From contig JAGAKP010000068.1 in the NCBI GenBank assembly GCA_017625615.1, positions 54,023 through 118,022 on the forward strand: DNA of 64,000 nt. The letters are read 5' to 3'. A program made the position numbers and the translations under genes. Below the pieces are notes generated by a model. It saw only the letters and a program-made list of their open reading frames with translations, had not been told where the DNA came from and did no database searches. Source of the DNA: Clostridia bacterium (lineage in GTDB: Bacteria > Bacillota > Clostridia > Oscillospirales > CAG-382). Positions 1-9,287 of this stretch are shown piece by piece (the stretch's first letter is position 1; the number at the start of each line of letters is the position of its first letter).

Positions 1-1
1 C

Positions 2-346
2 TGTCTTGATAACTTCAGCGGCGAAAACACCGTAGACAATAAATGCTTTGAAGCGATTTTAAAAGGGAAAGGGAAGCGGGGAACGTCTTTGCGTATGTCC
101 GTTGAGCACGCGCCGCTTTCTTTCAGTCAGCTTTGGTTGCTTGCGCATAACAAGGACGGGTACTTTTCTTTGTGTGAGGTATTGCTTTCGTTGTATAAAA
201 ACGATTGCTTTTCCGAAAAGGATATCGAAATGCTGTTAAGCAAAACCAAGGTAAAGCGTGAAAACGTAAAGACTGCGGTTGAGTGGACTGCGGAAAAATG
301 CCCTTGCGAAAAAAGTAATTTTGCTTTATCTCAGGTGTCGTTTTAA
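2..346 (+). CDS. 3' end of a hypothetical protein; the reading frame is open to the window edge
   Basis: The frame holding ORF 89..346 has no stop codon back to base 2. No recognisable motif. Confidence 0.35.
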   Translation, partial: CLDNFSGENTVDNKCFEAILKGKGKRGTSLRMSVEHAPLSFSQLWLLAHNKDGYFSLCEVLLSLYKNDCFSEKDIEMLLSKTKVKRENVKTAVEWTAEKCPCEKSNFALSQVSF

Positions 347-364
347 TACGGCGCCTTTATTTTC

Positions 365-393
365 TTGACATACCTTATAAAAGGTGATATAAT
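365..393 (+). promoter_or_regulatory. sigma-A type promoter upstream of asnA
   Basis: TTGACA at 365-370, a 17-nt spacer, then extended -10 TGaTATAAT at 385-393, about 30 nt upstream of the asnA start. Confidence 0.6.
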
Positions 394-425
394 CCCATTA
401 ATGTTTGATAAAAAGAGGCATTTTT

Positions 426-1433
426 ATGAATAAAGTATACGTTCCCAAAGGATACGTTCCTGCTCTCGGCAGTTACGATACCCAGCGTGCAATTGAATTT
501 ATAAAAGAAAATTTTCAGAAAGCTCTTTCGGAAAGTCTTCACTTAAAGCGCGTATCCGCACCGCTGTTCGTAACGGCCCAGTCGGGACTTAACGATAACC
601 TTTCGGGAAAGGAGCGTCCCGTCTCCTTTGATATCCCCGCGGTTCAGGGCGAGGGACAGGTGGTACACTCTCTCGCAAAATGGAAGCGACTTGCGTTAAA
701 GAGATACGGATTTGTAATGCACAGAGGTCTTTTTACGGATATGAACGCTATCCGCCGCGACGAGGAATTGGATAACCTCCATTCCATTTACGTTGACCAG
801 TGGGACTGGGAAAAGATAATCGCTCCCGAGGACCGCACTATCCAATATCTTTACTCCACCGTAAGCAGTATAGTTTCCGCTATCTGCGAAGTTAACGATA
901 AATTAAAGGAAAAATACCCCGTGCTTAAAACGTCTCTTTCACGTCAGGTGGCGTTTATTACGTCCGAGGAATTGGAGTCGCTGTATCCCGACCTCGCTCC
1001 CGATGAGCGCGAGCACGAGTATACCCGCATTCACCGCACCGTTTTCGTGTCCCGTATCGGCGCGCCCTTAAAGAACGGCGTTCCCCACGGCATGCGCGCT
1101 CCCGACTATGACGATTGGTCACTAAACGGCGATATTCTTTTCTGGCACGATGCGCTGGATACTCATATAGAAATTTCATCAATGGGCATACGAGTTGACC
1201 CCGTGTCCCTCGATGCACAGCTTGCCGCTTCGGGCTGTGATGACAGACGCGTTCTTCCCTTCCACAGTATGCTTCTTAAGGGCGAATTGCCTCTAACCAT
1301 CGGCGGCGGTATCGGTCAGTCCCGTCTTTGCCTGCTTATGCTGGGTAACGTACATATCGGCGAGGTACAATCCTCGGTTTGGGACGCAGAGACCATCCGC
1401 GTCTGCGCAGAAAAAGGAGTGCCCTTGCTGTGA
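426..1433 (+). CDS. asnA: aspartate--ammonia ligase (asparagine synthetase A)
   Basis: Full-length AsnA-like sequence (MNKVYVPKGY..RAIEFIKENF..HSIYVDQWDWEKII..GGGIGQSRLCLLML). The ATG at 426 is preceded by AAGAGG; the track ORF starts 7 codons upstream. Confidence 0.9.
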   Translation: MNKVYVPKGYVPALGSYDTQRAIEFIKENFQKALSESLHLKRVSAPLFVTAQSGLNDNLSGKERPVSFDIPAVQGEGQVVHSLAKWKRLALKRYGFVMHRGLFTDMNAIRRDEELDNLHSIYVDQWDWEKIIAPEDRTIQYLYSTVSSIVSAICEVNDKLKEKYPVLKTSLSRQVAFITSEELESLYPDLAPDEREHEYTRIHRTVFVSRIGAPLKNGVPHGMRAPDYDDWSLNGDILFWHDALDTHIEISSMGIRVDPVSLDAQLAASGCDDRRVLPFHSMLLKGELPLTIGGGIGQSRLCLLMLGNVHIGEVQSSVWDAETIRVCAEKGVPLL

Positions 1434-1936
1434 GTACCGAAAAATGGAACGCATATACGGCTGACGGCACCCTTGTGGATACCGTACTCCTTAGGGACGA
1501 GCCTATTCCCGAGGGGATGTATCACCTCGTGTGCGAGGTGCTTGTAAGACATACCGACGGAAGCTATCTGTGTATGGAGCGTGCCTCCACCAAAAAGGCG
1601 TATCCGGGGTATTACGAAGCCACCGCAGGCGGTTCCGCTTTGCTTGGCGAAACCAAGGAAGAATGTGTCCGCAGAGAATTATGGGAGGAAACGGGTATAA
1701 TAACGGATTCCTTTATTGAAACGGGCAGATACCTTACCAAGGACACCATATATTACACCTACGTCTGTACCGTCGATTGCGATAAGGATACCGTTCTGCT
1801 GCAGGACGGCGAAACGGAAGACTATAAATGGATGACGGAAGAAGAGTTTATCTCCTTTATAAATTCGGATAAAGCCATTCCCACCCAAAGGGAAAGATAC
1901 AAGGAATATTTTAAAAAGCTGGGATATTTACGATAA
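1430..1936 (+). CDS. NUDIX hydrolase
   Basis: Nudix box GGSALLGETKEECVRRELWEETGI. A GTG at 1430 is preceded by AAAAAGGAG (1411-1419) and overlaps the asnA stop (GTGA). Confidence 0.8.
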   Translation: MSTEKWNAYTADGTLVDTVLLRDEPIPEGMYHLVCEVLVRHTDGSYLCMERASTKKAYPGYYEATAGGSALLGETKEECVRRELWEETGIITDSFIETGRYLTKDTIYYTYVCTVDCDKDTVLLQDGETEDYKWMTEEEFISFINSDKAIPTQRERYKEYFKKLGYLR

Positions 1937-1950
1937 TATCCCCTTTTTTT

Positions 1951-2035
1951 GTCGGGGCCCCCACGAAGCCGTAGGGCTTCGCGGGGTGATTTGTCGGGGT
2001 CCCCACGAAGCCGTAAGGCTTCGCGGGGTGATTTT
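1951..2035. repeat. two tandem copies of a ~42-nt GC-rich hairpin repeat (GTCGGGGyCCCCACGAAGCC-GTAr-GGCTTCGCGGGGTGATTT)
   Basis: Units at 1951-1992 and 1993-2035 are near-identical. Each has a 12-bp stem CCCCACGAAGCC/GGCTTCGCGGGG. The same unit recurs at 3561, 3662, 14741 and 25955. Confidence 0.85.
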
Positions 2036-2145
2036 GTGCGTAATATTCAACCGCAAGCGTCACTTGACACGGGCAAGAAAACCGTGCTTGCAAAAATACA
2101 CGTTTTAGTGCATAATATAAGTGATCACTGAAAGGAGAAAATGCT

Positions 2146-3558
2146 ATGACCGTCGGTGAAAAAATACAGTATTACAGAAAAAAGCAGGGCTTGTCCCAAG
2201 AGGACCTCGGTCAAAAGCTTATGGTAAGCAGACAGACCGTAAGCCTTTGGGAAATGGACAAGACCGTTCCGTCAATAGATAACCTCGTCCGTTTAAAGGA
2301 TATCTTCGGCGTTTCCGTTGACGAGATCCTTTGCGGCGGAGAAGTTGAAGCCGAAAGCACAGAACAGCCCCTTGAATCCTATACCGTCACATATACGAAG
2401 GACGAGGCAAAAGGACTTTTCAAATATTCCTTAAGAGCTATATTAAGAAGCTTTGTAATTTCAATTTTTGCTTTTATATTTTTGTTTATCGCATCAATAA
2501 ACGCCGGCGATATTGTAAAGGGCTTTTTTCTCGGAATCCTCGTGCTGTGGATCATCGCCTTTATAAGAACTCTTCTTCTTTTCCGCAAAAACCGCAACGC
2601 GGGATCGGAAAGAATGTCCCAAAGCACGTACCTTTACGACGTTTTTGAATCTCACCTCTCCTTAACCATAACCCATCCCGATAAAAGAAGAAGCCTTAAT
2701 ATAGATCCGAAGGATATTCAAAAGGTATATTTTACGGAAAGGTTTATTATCTTTCAGGTGTCTGACGAGCTGTATGCTTTAAAAGCGGATCAGGTTGGAG
2801 AGGACTCCCATCTGTATATGCTTTTAAAACTGGCTACGTCAAAGGCTCCCGTGTCCCGCGCAAGGGCAAAATGGCGCGCGTTGTCCATAATACTGTTTAT
2901 TGCTTCTATCTCAAGTATTATGCTTGCATTGCTATCGGTTAGCGTGGCAAGTACTATCAACGAAAAACACGTACAGAATATGTGGCTGTTTTTCCTGTAC
3001 CTGCCCATTCCCGTCGGTTCTATCGTATTTTACAGCCTGCTAAAGCGCAAGGGTGTCGTTTTCAAGAAAAACCTTATCGTGGGAATAATAATGTCGGCGC
3101 TCCTTTGTATTTACGGCTCATTCGTTCTGTTCCCCGAGCAGGTGTCCATAAACGGGGTTTACGAGGCATCTATCGAAAACGTCCTTTCGGAAGATTATAC
3201 TTCTCCCGACGTTATCAAGGTATTTCCCCTTAAAAAGGCAGAAGAACACATAGAGACCATTTGTATTTTTCAAACCGAGGACAAGGGCTTGGTGGTAGGC
3301 GCGCTGTACGGCTACGATGGCGATGAGACGACCTATTTTGAGGAGTTTGCTTCCGACGTTGAAATAGGTGAGCGGTATTATTCCGGCGGCTGTACCGGAG
3401 ATTACGATATCGGGTATCAGATATATGAGACCCGCAAGGACGCCCCCGACATTTCCTACGAGCTGCAGGAGATAACCGTCGACGGCAAAAAATATTATTT
3501 CTGCGTGGGCTATATCGGTCACTATATGTCGGACGATACCCACTGGGTAACCGAATAA
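2146..3558 (+). CDS. membrane-anchored XRE-family helix-turn-helix regulator
   Basis: N-terminal HTH_3 signature (EKIQYYRKKQGLSQEDLGQKLMVSRQTVSLWE). It is followed by several hydrophobic segments and a C-terminal domain that is probably extracytoplasmic. Confidence 0.75.
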   Translation: MTVGEKIQYYRKKQGLSQEDLGQKLMVSRQTVSLWEMDKTVPSIDNLVRLKDIFGVSVDEILCGGEVEAESTEQPLESYTVTYTKDEAKGLFKYSLRAILRSFVISIFAFIFLFIASINAGDIVKGFFLGILVLWIIAFIRTLLLFRKNRNAGSERMSQSTYLYDVFESHLSLTITHPDKRRSLNIDPKDIQKVYFTERFIIFQVSDELYALKADQVGEDSHLYMLLKLATSKAPVSRARAKWRALSIILFIASISSIMLALLSVSVASTINEKHVQNMWLFFLYLPIPVGSIVFYSLLKRKGVVFKKNLIVGIIMSALLCIYGSFVLFPEQVSINGVYEASIENVLSEDYTSPDVIKVFPLKKAEEHIETICIFQTEDKGLVVGALYGYDGDETTYFEEFASDVEIGERYYSGGCTGDYDIGYQIYETRKDAPDISYELQEITVDGKKYYFCVGYIGHYMSDDTHWVTE

Positions 3559-3560
3559 CT

Positions 3561-3603
3561 AAAATCACCCCGCGAAGCCATACGGCTTCGTGGGGACCCC
3601 GAC
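3561..3603. repeat. hairpin repeat copy (inverted orientation relative to 1951)
   Basis: AAAATCACCCCGCGAAGCCATACGGCTTCGTGGGGACCCCGAC, starting 3 nt after the stop at 3558. Confidence 0.85.
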
Positions 3604-3605
3604 AA

Positions 3606-3637
3606 CAAAAAGCACCGAAAAACTTCGGTGCTTTTTA
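3606..3637. terminator. bidirectional rho-independent terminator between convergent genes
   Basis: Stem AGCACCGAA/TTCGGTGCT (3611-3631) is flanked by an A-run upstream and TTTTTATT downstream. Confidence 0.7.
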
Positions 3638-3661
3638 TTATGCATTTTCGTGTTGTTAATT

Positions 3662-3699
3662 TCGGGGTCCCCGAGAAACCAAAGGTTTCTTGGGGTGAA
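3662..3699. repeat. hairpin repeat copy, variant with a compensatory stem change
   Basis: TCGGGGTCCCCGAGAAACCAAAGGTTTCTTGGGGTGAA. The stem reads GAAACC/GGTTTC instead of GAAGCC/GGCTTC. It lies 4 nt beyond the hydA stop. Confidence 0.8.
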
Positions 3700-3702
3700 T
3701 AA

Positions 3703-5445
3703 TTAGTTGTATTTCTTGCGTGCGGTGTAGTGGGTGTGGAGAAGCTCGTGAGCCTTGTGGCCGCCGATCTCGCCGAGGTATTCAGCGTAAAGCTTCTTAA
3801 CCTCTTCGTTTTCGTGAGACTTTCTCTTTGCCTTGCCTGCATCCTCTGCGTACAGAGCCTTTGCGCGCTCAGCCTTAACGTCAACGTAGCTGCGCTCGGT
3901 AGCAGAAACGATAGGAGTACCGCCGCCGTGGATACATCCGCCGGGACAAGCCATGATCTCGATAAAGTCGTACTGCTTTTCGCCGCTCTTTATGGATTCA
4001 AGAAGAGCCTTTGCGTTTGCGGTGCCGTGTGCAACTGCAACGCGTACGGTCTTGCCGTTGAGGTCGACCTCTGCTTCCTTGATACCGTCAAGTCCGCGAA
4101 CTGCGGTAAGGTTAACGTCGGTAAGCTCGTTGCCGGTAACAACCTCGTATACGGTACGGAGAGCTGCCTCCATAACGCCGCCGGTGGTACCGAAGATAAC
4201 GGATGCGCCGGTGGATTCGCCCATAAGGCTGTCAAAGTCGCTGTCGGGCAGACGAACGAAATCTATGCTTGCGGTCTTTATCATTCGTGCAAGCTCTCTT
4301 ACGGTGAGAACCGCGTCAACGTCCTTCATACCGTCTCTGGAAAGCTCGGGACGGGAAGCCTCAAACTTCTTGGAGGTACAGGGCATTACGGATACTACGT
4401 AAATATTGTTGGGATCAATACCTTCTTTTTCTGCGAAGTAGCTCTTTATGAGAGCACCTTCCATCTCGTGAGGAGATTTGCAGGAGGAAAGGTTGGGAAT
4501 AAATTCGGGATAGAAGGTCTCGCAGTACTTGATCCAGCCGGGAGAGCAGGAGGTGATCATGGGAAGAACACCGCCGTTCTGCATACGCTGAATAAGCTCG
4601 GTGCCTTCTTCCATAATGGTAAGGTCAGCGCCGAAATCGGTATCGAATACCTTGTCAAAGCCAAGTCTGCGGAGAGCGGAAACCAGCTTGCCGGTTACGG
4701 AAGTACCCATGGGAAGACCGAACTCTTCGCCGAGAGTAGCTCTTACTGCGGGAGCGGGCTGTACTACTACGTACTTTTCGGGATCGTTGAGAGCCGCCCA
4801 AACGTCAGCAGTGTTGTCCTTTTCGTGGAGTGCGCCTACGGGACAGGCGAGTATACACTGACCGCAGTATACGCAGGGTGCGTCAACGATAGAACGGTCG
4901 AATGCGGAGCCTACGGTAGTCTTTATACCGCGTCTGGAAAGGCCGATAGCGCCGATCTTCTGTACGTCGTTACAAGCGGCGATACAGCGGCGGCAGGAGA
5001 TACACTTGCTGTTATCACGTACCAGAGAAGGGGAGATATCGTCAAGTATAGTTTCGGTCTTTTCGCCGTCGTAGGGATAATCGCTTACTCCGTATTCCTT
5101 ACAAAGAGCTGCCAATTCGCAGTTACCGCTGCGTACGCAGGAGGTACACTCTCTGTTATGGTTGGAAAGGAGCAGCTCAAGGTTTATTTTTCTTGCCTTG
5201 CGCAGGTTTTCGGTGTTGGTGCGGATTTCCATTCCGTCGGAAATAGGAGCAACACAGGCAGCCTGATATGCTCTTGCGCCTTTAATCTCTACCAGACACA
5301 GACGGCACGCGCCGATCTGCTGTACGTCCTTAAGATAGCAAAGGGTGGGAATGTTTATATGGGCTTCTCTGGCAGCTTCAAGCACAGTATAATTTGCGGG
5401 TACGGTAACCTGAATGCCGTCTATGGTAATTGTTACGTTGTTCAT
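3703..5445 (-). CDS. hydA: [FeFe]-hydrogenase catalytic subunit with HydA/HndD-type architecture
   Basis: N-terminal 2Fe-2S ferredoxin-like domain, then 4Fe-4S motifs (CISCRRCIAAC, CVYCGQCILACP). H-cluster motifs are TSCSPGW, MPCTSKKFE and EIMACPGGCIHGGG. Confidence 0.9.
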   Translation of the reverse strand: MNNVTITIDGIQVTVPANYTVLEAAREAHINIPTLCYLKDVQQIGACRLCLVEIKGARAYQAACVAPISDGMEIRTNTENLRKARKINLELLLSNHNRECTSCVRSGNCELAALCKEYGVSDYPYDGEKTETILDDISPSLVRDNSKCISCRRCIAACNDVQKIGAIGLSRRGIKTTVGSAFDRSIVDAPCVYCGQCILACPVGALHEKDNTADVWAALNDPEKYVVVQPAPAVRATLGEEFGLPMGTSVTGKLVSALRRLGFDKVFDTDFGADLTIMEEGTELIQRMQNGGVLPMITSCSPGWIKYCETFYPEFIPNLSSCKSPHEMEGALIKSYFAEKEGIDPNNIYVVSVMPCTSKKFEASRPELSRDGMKDVDAVLTVRELARMIKTASIDFVRLPDSDFDSLMGESTGASVIFGTTGGVMEAALRTVYEVVTGNELTDVNLTAVRGLDGIKEAEVDLNGKTVRVAVAHGTANAKALLESIKSGEKQYDFIEIMACPGGCIHGGGTPIVSATERSYVDVKAERAKALYAEDAGKAKRKSHENEEVKKLYAEYLGEIGGHKAHELLHTHYTARKKYN

Positions 5446-5457
5446 TTTCGTTCCCCC

Positions 5458-7254
5458 TTATTTCTTTACTATTGCCTTCTTGGGGCAGCTTGCGAGACAT
5501 ACGCCGCACTTGATACACTTGGACTGATCTATAACGAAGGGGCTCTTGATAGTACCGCTGATCGCGCCAACGGGACACTTCTTGGAGCACAGAGAACAGC
5601 CTACGCACTTAACGGGATCGATAACGATTCTTGCAAGTGCCTTACATGCGCCTGCGGGGCATCTCTTTTCACGGATATGAGCTTCATACTCATCGCGGAA
5701 ATAACGAATGGTGGAAAGTACGGGGTTGGGAGCAGTCTGACCGAGACCGCAAAGTGCGGTAGCCTTGATAGTGTTACCAAGCTCGATAAGCTTTTCGATA
5801 TCGCCCTCTTCGCCCTTACCTTCGGTAATGCGCTCGAGTATCTCAAGCATTCTTCTGGTACCGATACGGCAGGGAGTACACTTACCGCAGGATTCATCAA
5901 CGGTGAAGCCCAGGAAGAACTTTGCAATATCTACCATACAGTTGTCCTCGTCCATAACGATAAGACCGCCGGAGCCCATCATGGAGCCGATAGCGATAAG
6001 GTTGTCGTAATCAACGGGAGTGTCGATAAGGGAAGCGGGGATACATCCGCCGGAAGGACCGCCGGTCTGCGCTGCCTTAAACTTCTTGCCGTTGGGGATA
6101 CCGCCGCCGATCTCTTCGATAATGGTGCGGAGAGGAGTACCCATGGGGATCTCAACAAGACCGGTGTTGGTGATCTTGCCGCCAAGCGCAAATACCTTGG
6201 TGCCGTGGGACTTTTCGGTACCGATGCTCTTGAACCAGTCTGCGCCGTTTATAATAATCTGAGGAATGTTTGCGTAAGTCTCAACGTTGTTGAGGATGGT
6301 GGGCTGACCGAACAGACCCTTAACAGCGGGGAAGGGAGGACGGGGTCTGGGCTCACCGCGGTGACCTTCGATAGAGGTCATAAGAGCGGTTTCTTCGCCG
6401 CAAACGAATGCGCCTGCGCCGAGACGGATATCAAGGTTGAACTTGAAGTCGGTACCGAATATGTTGTCGCCGAGAAGACCGTATTCCTTAGCCTGCTTTA
6501 TAGCGGTGGAAAGTCTCTGTACTGCGATGGGGTACTCTGCACGTACGTATATGTAGCCCTGATCTGCGCCGATAGCGTATCCTGCGATAGCCATAGCCTC
6601 GATAACTGCGTGGGGGTCACCCTCAAGTATGGATCTGTCCATAAATGCGCCGGGGTCGCCTTCGTCGGCGTTACAGCAAACGTATTTCTGTACGTTGCCT
6701 CTGTTGCCGGAAGCAAATTTCCACTTAAGGCCGGTGGGGAAGCCTGCACCGCCGCGTCCGCGGAGTCCGGAATCCAGAATGAGCTGGATAACCTCGTCGG
6801 GAGTCATTTCGGTTACGCACTTGCCCAGTGCGGTATAACCGTCACGGCCGATATATTCTTCGATATTTTCGGGATCTATAACACCGCAGTTACGAAGAGC
6901 GATACGCATCTGGCTTCTGTAGAATGCGGTCTCGCTGAGAGAAGAAGCAGCCTCGCCGCCTTCAACAACGGGATCGTTATAAACGAGTCTCTGTACGGGA
7001 CGTCCCTTAAGGAGATGCTCCTCAACTATTTCGGGGATATCCTCTGCGGTAACTCTTGAATAGAAAACACCCTCGGGATAAACTATCATTATGGGACCGA
7101 GAGCACACAGACCGAAGCATCCGGTCTGCACCATTTTAATTTCCTCTGTAAGTCCGTGCTTTTCAAGCTCGGCGGTCAGTGCGCTTCTGACAGCGGCACT
7201 GCCGGAGGAGGTACAGCCTGTACCTGCACAAATTAGTACGTGAGCGCGAATCAT
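5458..7254 (-). CDS. hydB: NuoF-like NAD(P)H-binding flavoprotein subunit of the hydrogenase
   Basis: Thioredoxin-like 2Fe-2S N-terminus (ICAGTGCTSSG), the NuoF core (GRGGAGFPTGLKW, ESCGKCTPCR) and C-terminal 2x[4Fe-4S] motifs. Confidence 0.9.
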   Translation of the reverse strand: MIRAHVLICAGTGCTSSGSAAVRSALTAELEKHGLTEEIKMVQTGCFGLCALGPIMIVYPEGVFYSRVTAEDIPEIVEEHLLKGRPVQRLVYNDPVVEGGEAASSLSETAFYRSQMRIALRNCGVIDPENIEEYIGRDGYTALGKCVTEMTPDEVIQLILDSGLRGRGGAGFPTGLKWKFASGNRGNVQKYVCCNADEGDPGAFMDRSILEGDPHAVIEAMAIAGYAIGADQGYIYVRAEYPIAVQRLSTAIKQAKEYGLLGDNIFGTDFKFNLDIRLGAGAFVCGEETALMTSIEGHRGEPRPRPPFPAVKGLFGQPTILNNVETYANIPQIIINGADWFKSIGTEKSHGTKVFALGGKITNTGLVEIPMGTPLRTIIEEIGGGIPNGKKFKAAQTGGPSGGCIPASLIDTPVDYDNLIAIGSMMGSGGLIVMDEDNCMVDIAKFFLGFTVDESCGKCTPCRIGTRRMLEILERITEGKGEEGDIEKLIELGNTIKATALCGLGQTAPNPVLSTIRYFRDEYEAHIREKRCPAGACKALARIVIDPVKCVGCSLCSKKCPVGAISGTIKSPFVIDQSKCIKCGVCLASCPKKAIVKK

Positions 7255-7271
7255 TTATACGTTCCCTCCGT

Positions 7272-7643
7272 TTATATCTTATAATTTCCGATAGTGTATT
7301 CGGCTACGGGTTTTCCGCCCTTGATATGCTCTGCAACGATGCGCTTTGCCATATCGGGAGTAACCTTTACGTAAGTAACCTTTTCTTTGCCTGCTTCAAA
7401 AACCTCTACTACGGGCTCGTACTGACAAATGCCGATACATCCCGTCTGTGTTACCGTAGCGGTAGCGGACAGCCCCTCCTTGGAAACCTCTTCAACGAGG
7501 GTATTGAGAACGGGTCTTGCGCCTGCAGCGATACCGCAGGTAGCCATACCGACTACTATGCGGACGCCGTTGACACCCTCACGGATACCGACCTTGTCCT
7601 TCATCTTTTCTCTGATCTGAGCAAGTTCTGCTAATGTTTTCAT
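7272..7643 (-). CDS. thioredoxin-like [2Fe-2S] ferredoxin (HndB-like)
   Basis: Cys pattern ATCGIAAG...QTGCIGICQYEP. Positioned directly upstream of hydB. Confidence 0.7.
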   Translation of the reverse strand: MKTLAELAQIREKMKDKVGIREGVNGVRIVVGMATCGIAAGARPVLNTLVEEVSKEGLSATATVTQTGCIGICQYEPVVEVFEAGKEKVTYVKVTPDMAKRIVAEHIKGGKPVAEYTIGNYKI

Positions 7644-7683
7644 TCAGAAAGATCCTTTCTTTTTCGGAATATATTTACTTTTT

Positions 7684-8223
7684 TTATTTTTCGTACTGTT
7701 GCGTCGTGTAAGCCTTTATCCAAAGCTGTACGTCGGGGTTGGATAAGGGTACACCCTGCAGGACCTCACGCAGTGCGCGTGTATCCAGCTCCACCGTTTC
7801 CTTTCCCTCAATTTTATGGGTAAATACCATATCTCCCTCGCCGCAGCCCTGCGCAAGCAGGCACACCGTGGAAGCGATATCCCCAAGGGGAGTGAAATCT
7901 ATGTGGCTTTTGTTGAACACGCCTGTTATTACCGTCCCGTGATTTACGGGGTCCTTGGTGCTTTGGATGGTGATATACCCTCCCGTCTGCTCCGCCGCCT
8001 GACGGAACAAGGGGATACCCAAGCCCACCTTGCGGGTGGTGCGGGTGGTGTAAAAGGGGTTGGATACTTGCTTCAGTGTATCCTCACTCATACCGCAGCC
8101 GTTATCGACTATCCTTATGGTAAGCTTGTCTGCGCTTTCTTCCAATATTATTTCCGTAAGAGTAGCTCCCGCGGTAAAGGAATTTTGCGCTATATCAAGT
8201 ATGTTTAACGAAAGCTCTTTCAT
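7684..8223 (-). CDS. GHKL-superfamily (HATPase_c) ATP-binding protein
   Basis: N-box-like LDIAQNS, G1 DNGCGM and G2 GLGIPL motifs. No His-phosphoacceptor (DHp) domain is visible. Confidence 0.65.
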   Translation of the reverse strand: MKELSLNILDIAQNSFTAGATLTEIILEESADKLTIRIVDNGCGMSEDTLKQVSNPFYTTRTTRKVGLGIPLFRQAAEQTGGYITIQSTKDPVNHGTVITGVFNKSHIDFTPLGDIASTVCLLAQGCGEGDMVFTHKIEGKETVELDTRALREVLQGVPLSNPDVQLWIKAYTTQQYEK

Positions 8224-8948
8224 TTTCCGCCTCGCAGATAGTCTATAATCCGGTTTCGCACTTCCTCCGCCGTGCCGTGTGCGGACAGGGGAAGAAAATT
8301 CTCTGCCTCGTTAATATCCCATAAACAGTGAGCGTCACTGTCGGAAATAACGGGTGTGTTCTCAAGAATTGGGTTATTCTCTTTTATTTTTTCCGTTTTG
8401 CTTTTGTCCTTTATCTCCACACAGCCGAACACGGGTGCTTCGGGCATCATACCCAGAATACCGATCATACCGTTTGAGGTCTTGTCGATATGTGCGGGCA
8501 CTACTGCCGCGCCGTATTTTGACGCCTTTTCATACAGCTCGTCAACGGAAAGCATGGTGGCTGCGGGAAGCAGATATTCGTATTCGCCGATAATATTATC
8601 GTCCTCGTCAAGTATCTGCTGGTTACCGAAGAGGTCTATGCGGTTTTTTATCTTCATACGGTACCCGTCCAGCTCCTGTTCAAAGCCTTCGGCGTCCTCC
8701 ACCGTCCGAAAATACACCAGCACGTGTATTTCCTCGGCAGTGGTGACCTCCATTCCCGGTACAGCCACGATCCCGTAATGGTCGCACACCCTTTCAAAGG
8801 GACGGCAGTTTTTGCAGGTATTGTGGTCGGTAATGGCTACCGCACGGAGATTTTTGATTTTTGCCATTCCCGCTATATTATTCACCGTCATATCCTCGTC
8901 CCCGCAGGGAGACAGGCAGGAATGTATATGCAGGTCGTATGACGTCAT
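8220..8948 (-). CDS. PHP-domain phosphoesterase
   Basis: N-terminal YDLHIHSCLSPCGD and later TDHNT motifs typical of the PHP fold. A 4-nt overlap with the next gene suggests translational coupling. Confidence 0.7.
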   Translation of the reverse strand: MTSYDLHIHSCLSPCGDEDMTVNNIAGMAKIKNLRAVAITDHNTCKNCRPFERVCDHYGIVAVPGMEVTTAEEIHVLVYFRTVEDAEGFEQELDGYRMKIKNRIDLFGNQQILDEDDNIIGEYEYLLPAATMLSVDELYEKASKYGAAVVPAHIDKTSNGMIGILGMMPEAPVFGCVEIKDKSKTEKIKENNPILENTPVISDSDAHCLWDINEAENFLPLSAHGTAEEVRNRIIDYLRGGK

Positions 8949-9271
8949 AACAGCTTGCTCAGCTTTAAGCAGATGTTATACGCGCTGTCGGGCATAAGAA
9001 GCATATTTACTCCTCTTGCCTCCGCCATAGCGATAACGTCATCCTCGGGACGGGCGTTTTCCGCAATAATTACACAGCTTACGTCGGAAAGGGATGCCAC
9101 TGCGGGTACGTTTATGTTGGACATTATAGTCACCCATACGTTGCCTGCCCGTGCTTTTCCCATTACCCAGCTAAGAAGGTCGCCGGTATAACAGCCGCGC
9201 ACCGTCTTTTCCCCTTCGGGCAGGGAAAGGACTTGGGGTTCAAGTTGTGTTATAAGCTCGTTTACCGTCAT
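8945..9271 (-). CDS. DRTGG-domain-like small protein
   Basis: About 108 aa, with a sequence pattern and gene context like the DRTGG proteins in hydrogenase clusters. The family assignment is from memory of that family, not from a search. Confidence 0.5.
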   Translation of the reverse strand: MTVNELITQLEPQVLSLPEGEKTVRGCYTGDLLSWVMGKARAGNVWVTIMSNINVPAVASLSDVSCVIIAENARPEDDVIAMAEARGVNMLLMPDSAYNICLKLSKLL

Positions 9272-9287
9272 TTCTCGCTTGGCTCCT

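Noticed and set aside
1911-2131. Short ORFs translating the hairpin repeats into peptides such as HPAKPYGFVGTP or SPRSRKASRGD. Similar ORFs occur at 3522..3884, 14643..14840 and 25804..26022.
   Set aside because: The recurring peptide is only the repeat read in frame. The copies occur in both orientations, are intergenic and are palindromic, which fits an RNA or DNA structural element rather than coding sequence.
3730-7059. A 1109-aa ORF on the plus strand spanning 3.3 kb.
   Set aside because: It runs exactly antisense to hydA and hydB, both of which have clear, motif-rich products. Its translation is low-complexity (G/A/V/L/S/T-rich) with no recognisable domain or RBS. Strong codon bias in these highly expressed genes removes stop codons from the antisense frame.
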